Shown one piece after another: positions 33,718 to 47,271 of a stretch of 64,000 nt of DNA. A model generated the notes under the pieces. The model did no database searches. It was given only the letters and a program-made list of their open reading frames with translations, and had not been told where the DNA came from. Both the position numbers and the translations under genes were made by a program. How positions within the stretch are numbered: position 1 is the stretch's first letter; every line of letters begins with the position of its first letter. Origin of the DNA: Leidyana gryllorum EB-2025a (Eukaryota; Protista; Apicomplexa); assembly GCA_048772705.1 (NCBI GenBank), contig JBLWGC010000230.1:1-64000 (forward strand), given 5' to 3'.

Positions 33718-36517
33718 ATGGAGAGTCTCGACGAGAAAGCTGACCGATTGGGCAGACTTTTTGTTCAGCTATACAATGAACTCAAGCAATTCCCAGGATA
33801 CAACCGCCAATTGAATCTCTGGCGATATTACAATTTGTTAAGTAATCACGTCCAACAGTACATCATACAACACATTGATGATAAAACATTCAAGCTGAAC
33901 AGATACCCTGGCCCTATCGCGAGTGGCAGAAGTATTTCGCGAGGCCCGGAGTCCGAGGGCGGTGCGTCGCAATGTCCCTCACGAGCAGAATCAACACGAG
34001 CGAGAGAAGGGGCAGGTTTGGTAAAATCGACAAAGACTTCGAACGTATCGCCTTTTGGACCTCTCTCCACGCGATGTGAGCCTTCGAGCTGCCGCTCCAA
34101 TGCCAATGACCTATTCCCACACCCCCTTGTCCCGAATCGCGGTCGCGAGATGACGCAAGACCCTTTTCCCCCGCTCAACAAAAGTACGATGAGTGACAAA
34201 AGTACGATGAGCGACGCACCGAGATCTCAGCTCCCTGCTGAACAAAGACAAAATAACATCTTCAGAGGGGCTGAACCCTCCAAGCGAGACGCTACTGCTC
34301 TCGGTGGCGCCGTGCCAGTGAACAGAGATAACATCATCAAGCCTCCGCGAGCCCTTTTCCATTCTGCACCCAAGGCTCTCGGCTTCGTACACTCCCCGGG
34401 CCAAGAGCTCTTACAATCGCTACTGCTGCTACCTCCTCCACGGCGCGCTGTGCGTGCCGGGACCAGTGCTTTCACGCCACATGTGACAGCGAACAGTCAC
34501 GACCTGTGCACATTCGACGATCCGACCGTGTGGGCGCAAGCCGCCGCGGAGTGGAACAATTCTATCATGGATACTGAGACAACCCCTCCACTGAAGAAAT
34601 TCAAACAAGAACTGGGACCGGACGAAGTGCCCATTCATCCACACGGTCCCGCGCATGAGCATCGCACAGCTCACGTCACGGGACCTTCGCCCTCGGAACA
34701 TCACAGTCAAAGTGGGCCCAGACCCACAACATCCGGTCGCCCAGCTCCAAGTTACTCAACCGATTTGCCCCGTGCTCCTCGCGAAATCGCGAATTCTTCC
34801 ACCGCTCGGTCTGTTACGGGCACCAGACAACCCGATAGGAAGAGATCTGATGTGCCTGCCGCTTCGCCGCCGCCGCGCGCAGCTGGCAGTGCAGCCACGA
34901 ATGCAAGCTTCGCCCCACGTCAAGAAGCCCCATCTTTCAACGATAAGGGTCACTCACAAGGCGCACGCAGCATTGGTCCTCGGATGCCCCCATCGAATGG
35001 AGGTCCTGTGAGGATGGGCTCGAGCGCGCCTTCCACGCCCAGTCCGGGCCGGCGAACGTTGGATCAAACTTCGGGTCCTTTGGCCCCAAAGACGGCTCCA
35101 AGGAAGCCTACAACGTCTCCATCCGCGTCAGGAGGGGTCAAGCCACCGGCATCCACTTCCAATCCTCCGCGTGCGGTGATCTATACTGAATCTGTCCACT
35201 CTTACAGATCGAAGCAAACGCCAGGCAAGGCACCAGTACACTTACCCCCTCCTTCCACCGTCAAAACCCCTCGCTCGGCACACGCATCAGCCGTGCCGCT
35301 TAATAAGACACCCATGTCGAGTCACAGCGCCCCCCACTCACATATCAATACGACCCATCCCGGAGTTGTTGGGCCACTATCTGCCCGGTCGAACTCTTCG
35401 GCACCGAGGAGACTGGCTGGTCAGATGCCTACATTACCTTCACGTCAGGTGGTGAAGGCCCAGCCTGCTGCACCAACGGTGTCTGGGTCTACTTTACCCA
35501 AAACGAGCGGCTCGTACCAACCCAATCTGTCACAACCCACGAGAGTGGAGGGTTCGGCACCTCTTCAGATGGAGAAGGCGCGACCCAAAGAGTGGAGACA
35601 GAGTCCGCACGTGCAGAGAAGTGTTGAGGGGCAGAGCAAGCCTCAACCCGAGAAGCGTGTTGAAGTTATGGGACGCCCCTCGCCGTCCTCACAAGGCCAG
35701 TACTCTGGAGTGGCTAGTCCGTCGAAAGGCTGGGTTCCCAAAGCTGCCGTACGTGAAATCGGGAAGAACACTCGGATTTCACTGGGGTCTCAACACTTAT
35801 CTGCCGAAGCTCAAGAATTATTGGCAGCTACTTCCGCACAAGAAGCTTCTGATCATGAGGCGTTGGGGAGCGAGCTTCTATCTGATGCAAGTAGCCAGCA
35901 GTTATCGGCTTCAGCCTTTGTGGTGGACTCTATTCTGACAGGAAGGAGGAAGAAAAGACTCACCCAGGAGAGAGAGCGAAAGAATCAACAGAGTCGGAAG
36001 AGGAAACGCTTGGAACAAGTTTCAAGAAGACGACGGGTAAGCATCTTGAATTTCTCCCTGCTGTGGGCAAACGTGGTGTTCAGATAATTGAGAGTGATGA
36101 GGAAACAGACCCAGATATCTACGATGTCGAGGAGATCCGAGAGTATATGGTCGATACACGGCTGAAGAAGGGTTACTTCTTGGTCAAGTGGGAGGTAAGT
36201 GCGCAGACCGCGAGGATGCTACTCTATATCATCATGCACAGGGCTATGGAGAAGCCTCCAACACCTGGGAACCGAAAGAGAACCTTCTCGAGTCATACGA
36301 CGATGCAGCTCGTCGATGTGAACGGCTCTATTACCTGAAAGTGGAATGCGCCAAACAGATCTGGGCTAATCCACACTTTCGCTGGCAGCCCTCGGACCAC
36401 CAGGAAGAGCCGTTCCGCAAAGTTATGGATGACTTCTCACAGGAACAACGCCGAATTTATCTGAGTCAGAGTGGCGAAGGTTTTCATCAGCTAGCCGCGA
36501 GGTGGCGAAAGCCGTGA
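33718..36517 (+). CDS. Host protein with disordered Pro/Ser region and C-terminal chromodomain
   Basis: Removing 47-nt introns 36037-36083 and 36195-36241 gives YDVEEIRE...YFLVKWEGYGEASNTWEPKENL. Confidence 0.82.
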
Positions 36518-36536
36518 TCAGGAAAAAATTGGGGAG

Positions 36537-38243
36537 ATGATTCATCAGTTTTTCCTTCTCAGCTCACGCGGAGACACTATAGTGTCTCGCGATTTCAGAG
36601 GCCACGCTGTGACAGGTGCCGCAGAAGTGTTCTACAGAAAAGCTAAAGATGGGGATGTCAATCCCATTTTCACTGTGGATGATCAATGCTTCGTATATCT
36701 CCGGCGCAGCGGCTTGTTCTTCGTGTTGACTACTACAAATGTGGACGCACCCTCGTCCGTATGGATTGAGCTGTTGAAGTCATTGGTCACTATAATCAAA
36801 GACTTTTGCGGAGTCTTAACTGAGACCAGTGTCCGGAAGAACTTTGCACTCGTTGTGGAGGTGGTCGACGAGGTGTTCGATTATGGATACCCGCAAGCGC
36901 TGCAAACGGGCGAGCTGGTCAATGTGATACGCAATGAACCGGCGGGAGTTAACCCAACGACTCAGGGCTACACCTCGATAATCAGTAACTCCTTAAGCAG
37001 TCTGAGCACTGCAGGTCTTGGACAGCTCGCAGCCGGGCTCTCCAACTCCACCAGTCGCCAATTAGCCACTGTGCCCCGGACCGTTCCGTCCAATGCCTCG
37101 CAAACCCCGATAGGCGGTGTCGCAGCCAGCAGTCCTTCCGTTTCGAGCAATGATATTTTCATTGATATCTTAGATCGCTTATCCGCGGAATTAGGCCCAG
37201 ATGGAACCGTCAGATCGGTCTCTATCGATGGACTGGTCGTCATCAAAAGCTATCTCACAGAGGCAACACGACTAAGGCTGGGGTTCAACGACAACTTGAT
37301 TGTGGATAATGATTTCATAAATACCGTGGAGGGGAAATCACGGCCCCCTGAGTCCGGGACCGCTGTGAGACTTGACGACTGCTTATTCCACGAGTCAGTT
37401 TCCCTTGAAGCGTTTGAGTCGCAGAAAGCTTTGGTGTTCACTCCGCCCCAAGGAGAGTTTGTCTTGCTGAGGTATCGCGCGGGTAGGAGCAACAAGGTCA
37501 GTCTTCTGCCCTTCATCGTGCGCCCGCACCTGCGGGTACTGAGCAAGGATAAGGTACACTATTCCTCGACCTCACCCTAAGACATGCGCTGCGCAGATCG
37601 AGATTACAGTTTTGGTGGGCAACGACACGGGGGCCAAGGTGCCGGTCTCTGGAATGGCTGGAATGACTTGTCAAATACCCTCATGGATCTCCGGTGTATC
37701 GGCGGAGGTGTTAGGGCACCAAGGGAATCAGGTAACGGCGAATTGATTTGCATCAAAGTTTTCTACTGACTTTCTTAGACGGTTGAGACTCAGCTGAGCG
37801 CCCACGAGATTCGCTGGAATGCCAAAAAACTGGATATGGTGAGGCTATCTGAGAGACCACCCGGACATTCTCTGGCAGGGGCTGTGTGACCATGGATTCC
37901 GTGCTAAACTATCCGTCGATCTCAACAAAGCGCCTCGTTGCATCGTCCAAGCGCTCGCGTTGGCGAGCACCAACGCTCATTTCCCTCTGGCTGGAAGTAG
38001 TCAAACACCAGAAGATCGTATCGCCCGGTATATGGGACCCATCTGCGTCATGTTCGAGCTCCCAATGCATTCATCAGCTGGTTTGCAGGTTGGTACCATT
38101 TCACTAGCGCAGCCTCCTTCTCACACTGATCATCGCAGATCCGTTATTTGCGGGCCGCTGAAGGCGGATTGGGTCAAGAGGCGCCTCGGAGATGGGTGCG
38201 CTACCTGACCCAATCGGCATATTTTACGGCTCGCTTCACCTGA
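36537..38243 (+). CDS. Adaptor complex medium (mu) subunit, AP-4 mu-like, multi-exon
   Basis: MIHQFFLLSSRGD..RDFRG, NFALVVEVVDEVFDYGYPQ, LDDCLFHESV, FTPPQGEF, C-terminal RWVRYLT. Confidence 0.88.
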
Positions 38244-38246
38244 CTG

Positions 38247-39059
38247 TTAACGTCGTTCTCTCATTTCTTTGGCGAATAGTGACTGTCGAGGCTTCGGGGG
38301 CGGATTGGGCTTCAGAGGAGCCTGTGTGTTATCATCTTCGCACTCCTCTATCATCTCGAAGCGACGTCCAGCGCCTGACGGCACTAGGGGACCGGGTGCA
38401 CTGGCTGTACCCCTCTCGACGGGGGGTTCGACTTCGATAATCTCAAGGAACCCTTCAGGGGTCTGATACTGCCATGGGGACACGCATCGAGTATACCACT
38501 GACCTTTTTTACTGTATTCTGAGTTGGTGCTTCCTGTTTGACCGGTTTATTGAGTGCTTCATTTTCGACCGTTTCGAGCTCAATACCCTCGAGCTTGGCC
38601 TCCGCCTCCCTCAGCTCAGCTGCAAAGTCTTTCGCCATCCGTTCGGCCACTGCAGACACAAATGCGCGCCAAGTACGTTTCCTTGTCCACTTACTGTTGC
38701 GACGGCGGGTGAGGGTTTGCCGTGCGTTCGCTGTGGTTCTCATGGCGAACTCACCAGACCCCAGCTGCACCGTTACCGTTCCACCATGTACTATGCAGCC
38801 TGGAAAGAGGACTTGAGAGCTTCCGGCAAAGGGCACCAGAATTCGGTGCTCAACTTTAGTGGGAATTTGACCTGGAAATGCGTGTAGAAACAGATTTTAA
38901 ATGAAAGATCGTACTCAACAAACTTTCAACTCCCACAAAAGAGCGCTGTAGGCCCTCCAGTTCCTCGATGTGAGATTTCAAACCTTCTACTTTCTGCAAG
39001 AATGCATACACAAAGGCATGTTCGGTCATCAGTCTTACTGCTTTATAATGCTCCGCCAT
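38247..39059 (-). CDS. Unconventional prefoldin URI/Bud27-like, multi-exon
   Basis: PFA..VLFPGCIVH..VTVQLGSGEFA alpha-prefoldin hairpin; GFLEIIE; C-terminal SLFAKEMRERR. Confidence 0.68.
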
Positions 39060-39209
39060 GATGACACTTATCCCCCTTGGCGACGAAGATTATAAGGTCA
39101 AGCAGCGACGTTCCGCTTAGTGGTCGGGTGTATGAAGGAAGGATAGCCTCTAGTGTCTCTCAAAAAGTGCTTCCTGAGTTCTTACGAGGAGTAGCTGACT
39201 TTTTTCGGA

Positions 39210-40509
39210 ATGGTTGAGGGTCCGGAATTCAACGAGAAAGGCCTCATAGTGTCAGAATGCAAAGGCGTTGGAGATATAAAGTGCGTCACAATTGTGGATC
39301 AGGGATACAGAAGTCGCGATGTCTATGTGTCTCCCCTGCTGACTTCAGACAAGTCTTCAAATCTGTGTATTAGCGAAGGAGTCTATTTGACGCGGGCACC
39401 AAGTCACCTTCTATTCTTCATTCCTGGGAATCCGGGAGTCGCGGGAGCGTATCTGCCATGGATGCAACATATGTGCTCGCGATTGGGACCACATTCGTTA
39501 ATTGTGTTCAGCGGACATCTGGGTGAGTGCTGTCAGATCGAAGTGCCTTGGAATGAGTGGATTCCCGCCGCAGGCCACTTGCAGAAGGCGACTCTGGAGG
39601 AGGAGTTCACGTGCGAGCAGAATGTTCAGCATCAATGCGAGCAGTTGAGGAGAATTCTGGGCAATCTGCGACCTTACAGAAATGAACTGTCTGTCGCTTT
39701 AGCCGGTCATAGCGCTGGAGCTCACTTCATTGTTCAGGGAGCCTATCGTTTGTATTCGGACGCTCCCGATGTGCTCGGACGAGTTCGCATCATATTGTAT
39801 TGCGGCACTTTGATACAGTGAGTCTCGCCCCGGTCGGATGGCTTCTTTACTTGATGGTTAGATTTGGCTACATTGGTCGACTCAAAGCGATGATTGCGGC
39901 CGCCCCTTCGGGCAGAGGCATCATTAGAAAAATGAAGACATCCAGATGGTTCGAGAGACGGACGGCTCAGAACCCCTTCTTTCAGAGTTTGGCAAATGAA
40001 TTTGACGATTGCTTCATAGAACAAATGTCAAATTTGACGAGGGATGAGTTGCAACACCTTCCCACAGATGTGGACACTCAGATTGAACTACTCGATGCCA
40101 TGGGCCAACCTGTCTTCTTTCTGATGGCAGAGAAAGACAGCTATGTTCCCAAGGCAGTGCAGCGAAAAGTGAGTACTCTTGAATGCCAATCGATCGTTGC
40201 ATATCGTTACAATCACAGTACCTTACCCATTTTGGACCTTCGCACGTTTACATATCTCGCGCCTGGTGGCACGCTTTCGCGTTGCACGCCGAGGGATTCG
40301 CAGAGGCGTCAGAGCTGACTGCAGCTATCATCGCAGACAACAGTATACCCGTCGAGTATCAAGCTAGGATGGAAACCGAGTTGGCTGGCTTCAAGATGGA
40401 AGACGTCACACACAATATTCAAATGGCTATGGCTGCGACCATCGTTCAGCTCGCAATGCTGCCAAGTAGTCTGCGAGGATTGATGTGTAGAAGGACAAAG
40501 AGTAGCTGA
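39210..40509 (+). CDS. Lipid droplet-associated hydrolase-like alpha/beta hydrolase, multi-exon
   Basis: FFIPGNPGV, GHSAG nucleophile elbow, HAF in last exon. Confidence 0.78.
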
Positions 40510-40557
40510 GGGTGATTTTATTAAAAAACGCACGACCGAGCCCAGACGGCTCCATCA

Positions 40558-42000
40558 ATGTGGAAAAGAGGCCGATCACACGTCGCCGACTATGGAGAAG
40601 GGTACGGCATGGCTGTTAGAGTCTGTGGCACCGTTGGCCTGCGGTGTCTCGCACAGGCATTGATCGTCGCCTACCATCAGTTCAAGCCCTTGATCGCTCA
40701 CAGGAACTTCATTCTCGCCAGCGGCCAAGTCTGTGTTTCCTTCTTCTTCATCCTGAGCGGACTGACGGCTGGTATAAGCCTAACTCAACGGAGGATCCGC
40801 CATGATCTGTACAGTCGGCCATGGCTCTATGTGCGAGATCACTTGAGCTTCGTGCTTAGGCGAACCTTAGCTCTGCTCCTCTCCATATGCCTTCTTTTAC
40901 CCTTCTACCGTTTGACTCCTGCCAATGTCCCTCGGCCTGGCTATAAAGTTGCCAGTGAGCCCTTCTTCAATACATGGTGGATACTTTGGGGCGATGTTGT
41001 CTCCCTCTACCTGCCGAACACCACACTCTGGTTTGTTAGCAATATGCTGCTTTTCTGGAATCTCGCTCCCCTGGTGGCCGCTGGTCTACGCTACTTGGCT
41101 CTTCGCCCGTCCTTTTTCTGCAGTTTTGCCCTCATCCTCTGCGACCAAGCATTATGGTGGTTCATGCCAGCCCCTGGACCCAACTGGACGACGTGGGAGA
41201 GTCTCTATGAGTGCCCGGCCACGCATATCTTCCAATTCATGGGTGCACTTGGATTTGGTGTCAATCTCAGTCGACTGGCGCTGAAACATGCAATTGATGA
41301 TCAATCTGAGTGGCAAATGATCAACGAAGACGAAGAATCCCATCCGGCTGCTCGGAAGCACCGTGGGGGCCGAGAAGGGTGGCAGCCGACCCCCAGCAGC
41401 AGCAGCGATGAGGTCGATCTAGTTGCCACCCCGAGTACAGAAATGTCAACCGAGGGGGTCGGTCACGTCAGAAGTGGAGTCACGCCCAAGACAGAGTCTC
41501 ATCTGCCAATTACCACGAAATCGGATGAAGAAGCCCGAATACTGCCAGTGACCAACGAGAAAAAGAAGAAGTTCCAATGGAGGTGGTGGTTGACCGACAC
41601 TGTGTTCGTCCTGGGTATGGCATATGGCTTGTGGCTATTAGGCTCCAATCCGAAGCGAAGTTTGAGACGGGATTTTGCTCAAGCAGATTGGCGATTTGGG
41701 ATGAATGTCCCCATATTAGCTTTGCTGATCGCGCTTTCACGAAAAGACAGTCAACGAAGCTTCACCAATAAGTTCCTTGACTGCCGCTGGTTCAGACGAG
41801 TATCCCCCGAAGCTTTACCCCTGGTCGTCTATATTCTCCATTGGAACTGGAACTCGATGTTCATCGATGCCGTACACGACTCTCCATACGCCTTACCATG
41901 CACCCTCACCCTTTATCTAGCTGCCCTGCTATTTGTACGATTAGTCTATATTCCCTTGAATCGGATAGTATCCAATTTGTGTCAGGTGTGCTTGAGTTGA
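40558..42000 (+). CDS. Acyltransferase-3 (OafA-like) membrane O-acyltransferase
   Basis: Multiple TM segments; GLR..A..IV.YH, VSFFFILSG, LWFVS, YILHW. Confidence 0.75.
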   Translation: MWKRGRSHVADYGEGYGMAVRVCGTVGLRCLAQALIVAYHQFKPLIAHRNFILASGQVCVSFFFILSGLTAGISLTQRRIRHDLYSRPWLYVRDHLSFVLRRTLALLLSICLLLPFYRLTPANVPRPGYKVASEPFFNTWWILWGDVVSLYLPNTTLWFVSNMLLFWNLAPLVAAGLRYLALRPSFFCSFALILCDQALWWFMPAPGPNWTTWESLYECPATHIFQFMGALGFGVNLSRLALKHAIDDQSEWQMINEDEESHPAARKHRGGREGWQPTPSSSSDEVDLVATPSTEMSTEGVGHVRSGVTPKTESHLPITTKSDEEARILPVTNEKKKKFQWRWWLTDTVFVLGMAYGLWLLGSNPKRSLRRDFAQADWRFGMNVPILALLIALSRKDSQRSFTNKFLDCRWFRRVSPEALPLVVYILHWNWNSMFIDAVHDSPYALPCTLTLYLAALLFVRLVYIPLNRIVSNLCQVCLS

Positions 42001-42233
42001 CAGTTTCGACCTGCCATTCTATCGAAATGTATACTTGCGGATCTTTTTCGCTTGAGTGTAATCCGAACCGTCCCCCCTGCTGCCGCCGGATGTGGAGCTG
42101 AAATGCATATAATTCAGGTGACTAGACATCCACAAGGTATCGCGCCAGGGCACATTCGCCAACCGGACTCCTCTCTGTAAGTCTGTGTTTGTCACAGAGT
42201 CGTGAGAAAGGGGGTTGACCGGTGCCGGTCACT

Positions 42234-45200
42234 ATGCGCATCCCGCAATGGGTTATCTTGGGGCTATCTCTTGTCAGCGTTTGGAGCGCACACACCAGCC
42301 CACTCATCAAGTTCGACGCCGCAATTGCGCCTACAGCCAGAGAGTTTGACACACGCAAAGCAACTTGGAGACCCAGTACCAGTAACTTTGCCCCTGAAAA
42401 CGCGTTGAGACGCGGATCACCATTTTGGTTGAGCACCACGGCAAAGGTATGTGTGGATCTATGATAATGATGAGTCTGTTCATCACTTCACAAAGGCACC
42501 TATCTTCACGGCGTATTTGAAACAGCCACGCACGCTGAAAGGTGTGCACATCGACTGGGGTAAGCCACCGTAGCATAGGACATAGAAAACTATACATCGG
42601 GTGCAGTTCGTCCTCCACAGAGATGGAGAGTTATTGGGCGTCTCGAGTCCGGTCCCGATCCCACCAAGAGATCTATTCTGCAGAACTGGGAGAGCGCAAC
42701 GTCAAAGTATAAACGAACAGCAGATAACCATCTGCCAAGTCTTTCGCAAGACTATCTCTTCCGATCTCCAACATATGTGGATCGGATAGAGATTGAAATG
42801 GATGGGTGAGAACAGCCTTTGACATCAACCATTGAGAACTCTCTTCGTCACAGATTTTATGAGAATCAGGTGGCCATGTCGTTCATTGGCGGCATCGCCG
42901 ACTCTGACGGACTCTTCGTAAGTGCTAACCATTCTCTCTTCAATTGGAGTGAGCTCCTGCGACCAGACCATCACTTCGGGGATCACTAGCCCAAACCCCG
43001 CGGAAGAGTTCTGCCTACAGACTCCGGCGGGAACGAAAACCCTCGCCGGAGCTTCGGTTGTCTTGGATAGCTGTTTGAGGAGTATCGCTCTGACAGATGG
43101 CCGAGATCTCTTTGTCATAGATCCCACCTATCCTGATCTGGTGGTCCATGCTCAAACGGGCTTGGTGCTCTCCGCTAACGATGACCCGTGAGTTTTTGAC
43201 ATTGCAGAACCTGAGACCTCGCGCAACTCTCGCAGAGATAAATCTCCTCTGACTTTGATCCCCCGGTCTGTCGCCATTTCCTCTGCCCGCAATGAGTCTT
43301 CGGTGGCCTTTCAAGCGAGCAGTCACCTGCGTTTCGGGGGAACATCAGCTCCGGCACATCTCTGTCTCACACTGAAAGGAGATCGAGCCGGTGACCTCAA
43401 CTTGGCTCTCAATGTAAGTGACATTCAGTGACAAATAGACCAAATGGCTCTCTGAAAGACTCTGTCGTCTGCAACGAGTGTGGCGGACGATGCCCATACA
43501 CCAGATGCCGCTATAGACGGCGATGACAATACGTACTGGTCGTCGGCGGATTTTGGCATAGTGCGGTCTCCTTTGAAAGTTGAAATCATTGTGGACCTCG
43601 AGGAGGCCAAGAGGCCCAGAGACGTCCGTAGGTGAATCACAAGTCGACCTCTTCGATACCGATTGCAGATGTCCGATGGGAGTATCCGGCGTCAACCTTT
43701 TCTGTGATTGCATCGAACGACAAGCAGAACTTTGAAGTCGTTGCCGAAGTTCATGGCAATGCCGAATTCTATTCCGTTGTCCATTTGCAGCACTCACACG
43801 TGACTGGGAAATATCGCTATTGGGGGTAAGGAAGGTCGTCAACTCTCGCCCGCCACAATTCATTTCACCTTTAGACTACGTATGACTGCTCCTCATCACC
43901 AATATGGTTTAGCGGACGCTCAAAGGAAGCGGTATGTATACGCGATCAGAGAGATCGGATTGATGACTTACGGCGTCGAGCCTTTATTGCTGCCATGTGC
44001 TGTGAGTTCCCGCCACCGAGGGAGGCAGTGTTGAAATGCATTACCTTAGGATTTAGAGTCATTGGAGAAAGCCGGCTCAGATGGACGGGACATGTGGTTC
44101 ACTTCCCGAGTCGAGGAGTTCGACTTGACTTCTGCTCTCCAAATAGTCGCGATGGAAGAGCAGTTTGACCGTACCGTGGAATCGCTGGCGGTAGCGGAGG
44201 AGGAAATCGCGGCGGTGTGGCTTCAACGGATGGGAACCTGTCACAAGTCGTCTAATCTGCTTCTCACGAGTTTGGAAGGTGAAATTCAGAGTCGGATTAG
44301 CAATGTGAAGGCGTGGGTCATTCAACACGCCACCAATCATGGGCACACAACATTTCCCACACGTTGTGGCGAACGTCTGCTCTTTCGCCTGAACCAACCG
44401 TCTTTCGTCAGCGGAAACAGTCGCTTGGAGTACAGAGCTGACGAAGGCTTCTACTATATAAAGTCCCGATGCTCGTCAATGCCAATTCGACTATATTGCC
44501 CATCCATACCCTCACATCTCTCGGTCGTCCAACTCGGCGATCACGTGGGTCACCCCGATAAATCCGAGGAGAAACTCGGCTATGTCTTCTACACCGGCAG
44601 CAAGGATAGCTCCTACGTGGACGACTATGTGGATCTCTCGGAGACCGTCAATGGTCCCAAGAGTGTGCTGAGGTCCTGTCAGCGATTGGGATCTTTCGAG
44701 CCAAGAACAATTCAGAATATGGATGACGCGATGCGACTCCAAGAATTGGCGGTCGTTTTGGGGATATGTGACACTCGCGTTTTGGAGACTTCCACAAAGC
44801 CATTACTCATCCCCATCGCCTGGAGTTCCAATACAAATGGAAAAGAGTGGAAGGATTTCAATGGCATCGATGCTACACACCTTCTCCAGTCGCTTCTGGG
44901 ACTTCCACATGACCCCGACCTCTCACTCAGCTACAAAGAGGTTTTCGGATTCAGCTGTCAGTTGGGATGGACCTTCCTGGACTGGGAGGAGGCACGGGTT
45001 GGAGCAACGGCATGTCAAGAGGAGCTCACTGAGGTCGATGTGCGCCAGACACAGCGACTCAGCTGCACCACTTCGCTGGACGACTTGGCAGCAGAGATTC
45101 CTGATCTATCCAAGGATACTCAACTGGCTGTGGTCTGCCCTCACGAATGTTTGCTGAAGGACCATTCAGGCACAGAGGGTTATGCCATTTACGGTGGTCA

Positions 45201-46964
45201 GAGTGGGTACTATCGTGCTGATTCGTCAGTCTGTGGAGCTGCCCGACACCAACGGGTCATACAGGTTGGCGACGAGGGGGATCCAGAAGGTAAGGTCTTC
45301 GCACTGTGCTTCCCAACATGCTCATGCAGAACCAATTATCCTGCAAGCTGCAAATGGGGCTCGGGATTATCCTGCGATAGAAAAGAGCGGAGTATGGTCC
45401 TCATATGGAGGCAAGGAGTGGCCATTGTAAGTGACAGAATACTTGATGAAAATTTGAGCTCATCTTCAGAGCATTCACCCTGCGCCCTGCCTACGGAGAA
45501 TGCGCAAAGTTTGATGACGAGACGCACCTGCACACTGCTGAGATTCGGCACACAAACACTTCCTCGCAGGTAGTGGAGCCGTACCTCGTCAGCCGCAGCC
45601 CTCTCCATACAAACATGACGAATCGTGATCCAATGGTGGCACCTCTTTTGGATCCCCAGTTGCGGATCCCAAATCATTTGGCTATACGATCGCTCCTTTA
45701 TGTCCAACAAACTGAGGTTGCGATGACCAATGATCATCAGATCAAAAATGATGTGATGGTGAGTGGCTGCAATGGGTACAAACACAACTCTTCTCTCTGC
45801 AGCAAGCCCATGCGACATTGCACGATGCCCGGAGTGTGATGAAACCCACAGAACGACTCGCAGCAAAGCTATCGACGCTGTCGACCTTCTCTCGACAGGA
45901 GCTGGCTTACTATTCTTCGCGTCTCCAAAAGGCTCTGAGTGTATTGTTGTCAGAGTATCGGATAGTGCAGAACACTGTCGCTCTGAACAGACAACTCATT
46001 CGGCTGGCCGAGAGTTTTGAGTCCAATAATATTCTGGAAGGACTGAGAAACAATGAGGTTCTGTGGAGACGGTTTACGGCCCATGCACTGCCTTCTAATG
46101 GCAAACGGGGCGGAGCTATATGGAAAGCTGTGCCCACCAATGTCGTTACCGACTCGGCTGCCAATGAGATGGGCATTTTGGCTTCGCCACCCGAAGACCG
46201 GCGTGATCTGGAACCCTGTCCACAAGATGGGACGGGACGCAACCCGATGCTCGTAGGCAGTGTATTGCTGCTGAAAGACACGAAGCTGTATGACTTTGAC
46301 TTTAACGCCACCTTCTTCGCGCCAAAGGATGCCGAAGGAATTGTCGGACTCGCGTTCCGAGCGGCTGATCACCTCAACTTGTGAGTTGAACTTGATTGAA
46401 GTTTGCTTGTATCCTTTTGATGCACCCCAGCTATGTTGCAGGTGTTGACTTCAACAGACACTCCATCGTACTGTTACAAGTCAGAGAAGGACGGTATCGG
46501 ATACTGCGCGAGACAGTTTGGAATGAAGGTGAGTACTGTTTTTGTTCGTTTGCTCGCCACACACGAATGTCTCGTCAGACCCCCGGGAGGAAGCGAACCA
46601 GAATAGGCATATTTTGCGGGTTCGGGCACAACGCGACAAGTATTGGATTTACATTGAAGATGTGGCCCACTTGGGGGCTAGTGAAGCTTTATTGGTGCTC
46701 GGTGCTCAGTCGGAACTATTGATGGGGGGCGCTGTTGGTTTCTTTACATCCCTTTCCGAGACCGCAGTTTTCACCTCGGGTGATATATCCAGCTTCCCAT
46801 GTGATGGCCTGGATAAGAATATGGTGCGCCGCGTCCAAGATGGGGTGATCAGCCGCTGGCAATCGGACAACTTGAGCGCTGTTCTCGAAATATACAACGA
46901 TTACATGAACAAAGAGTCGATGGCCGACCAGGAAATCCTGGAAAAGTCCGAGATCGTGGAGTGA
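42234..46964 (+). CDS. Secreted multidomain LCCL protein (CCp1/CCp2-like), many introns; could be more than one gene
   Basis: Signal peptide MRIPQWVILGLSLVSVWSA; discoidin-like AIDGDDNTYWSS; LCCL CP..C..IYG..YRADSSVCGAARH; levanase-like GIVGLAFR and GAVGFF. Confidence 0.7.
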
Positions 46965-47271
46965 AACACAAAGTTGTCTTGCATGGCCCTTTTCAGTGAT
47001 CGGTTAACCAACCACGACATTGGGCTCGACACTTTTTCCGTGGGCCATCCCCAGTAATAATGGAGGGAGACCACAAGCAGCCCCACGGACTGACTGTGCG
47101 TGTCCCAAGGTGGCAGGCACTTTCTGTGCTCACAAGAGCCTTCGCTATCCATTACCCAAAAAGCTGGGCGAGAATGATATGAGACACTTAGTAGCTGAAC
47201 CCATTAGTGTGTGGTGGCATTTGGTCCCCACAAGACAGGTCTTGACAACAAAAGAAAGGTGAAAAAGTGGA

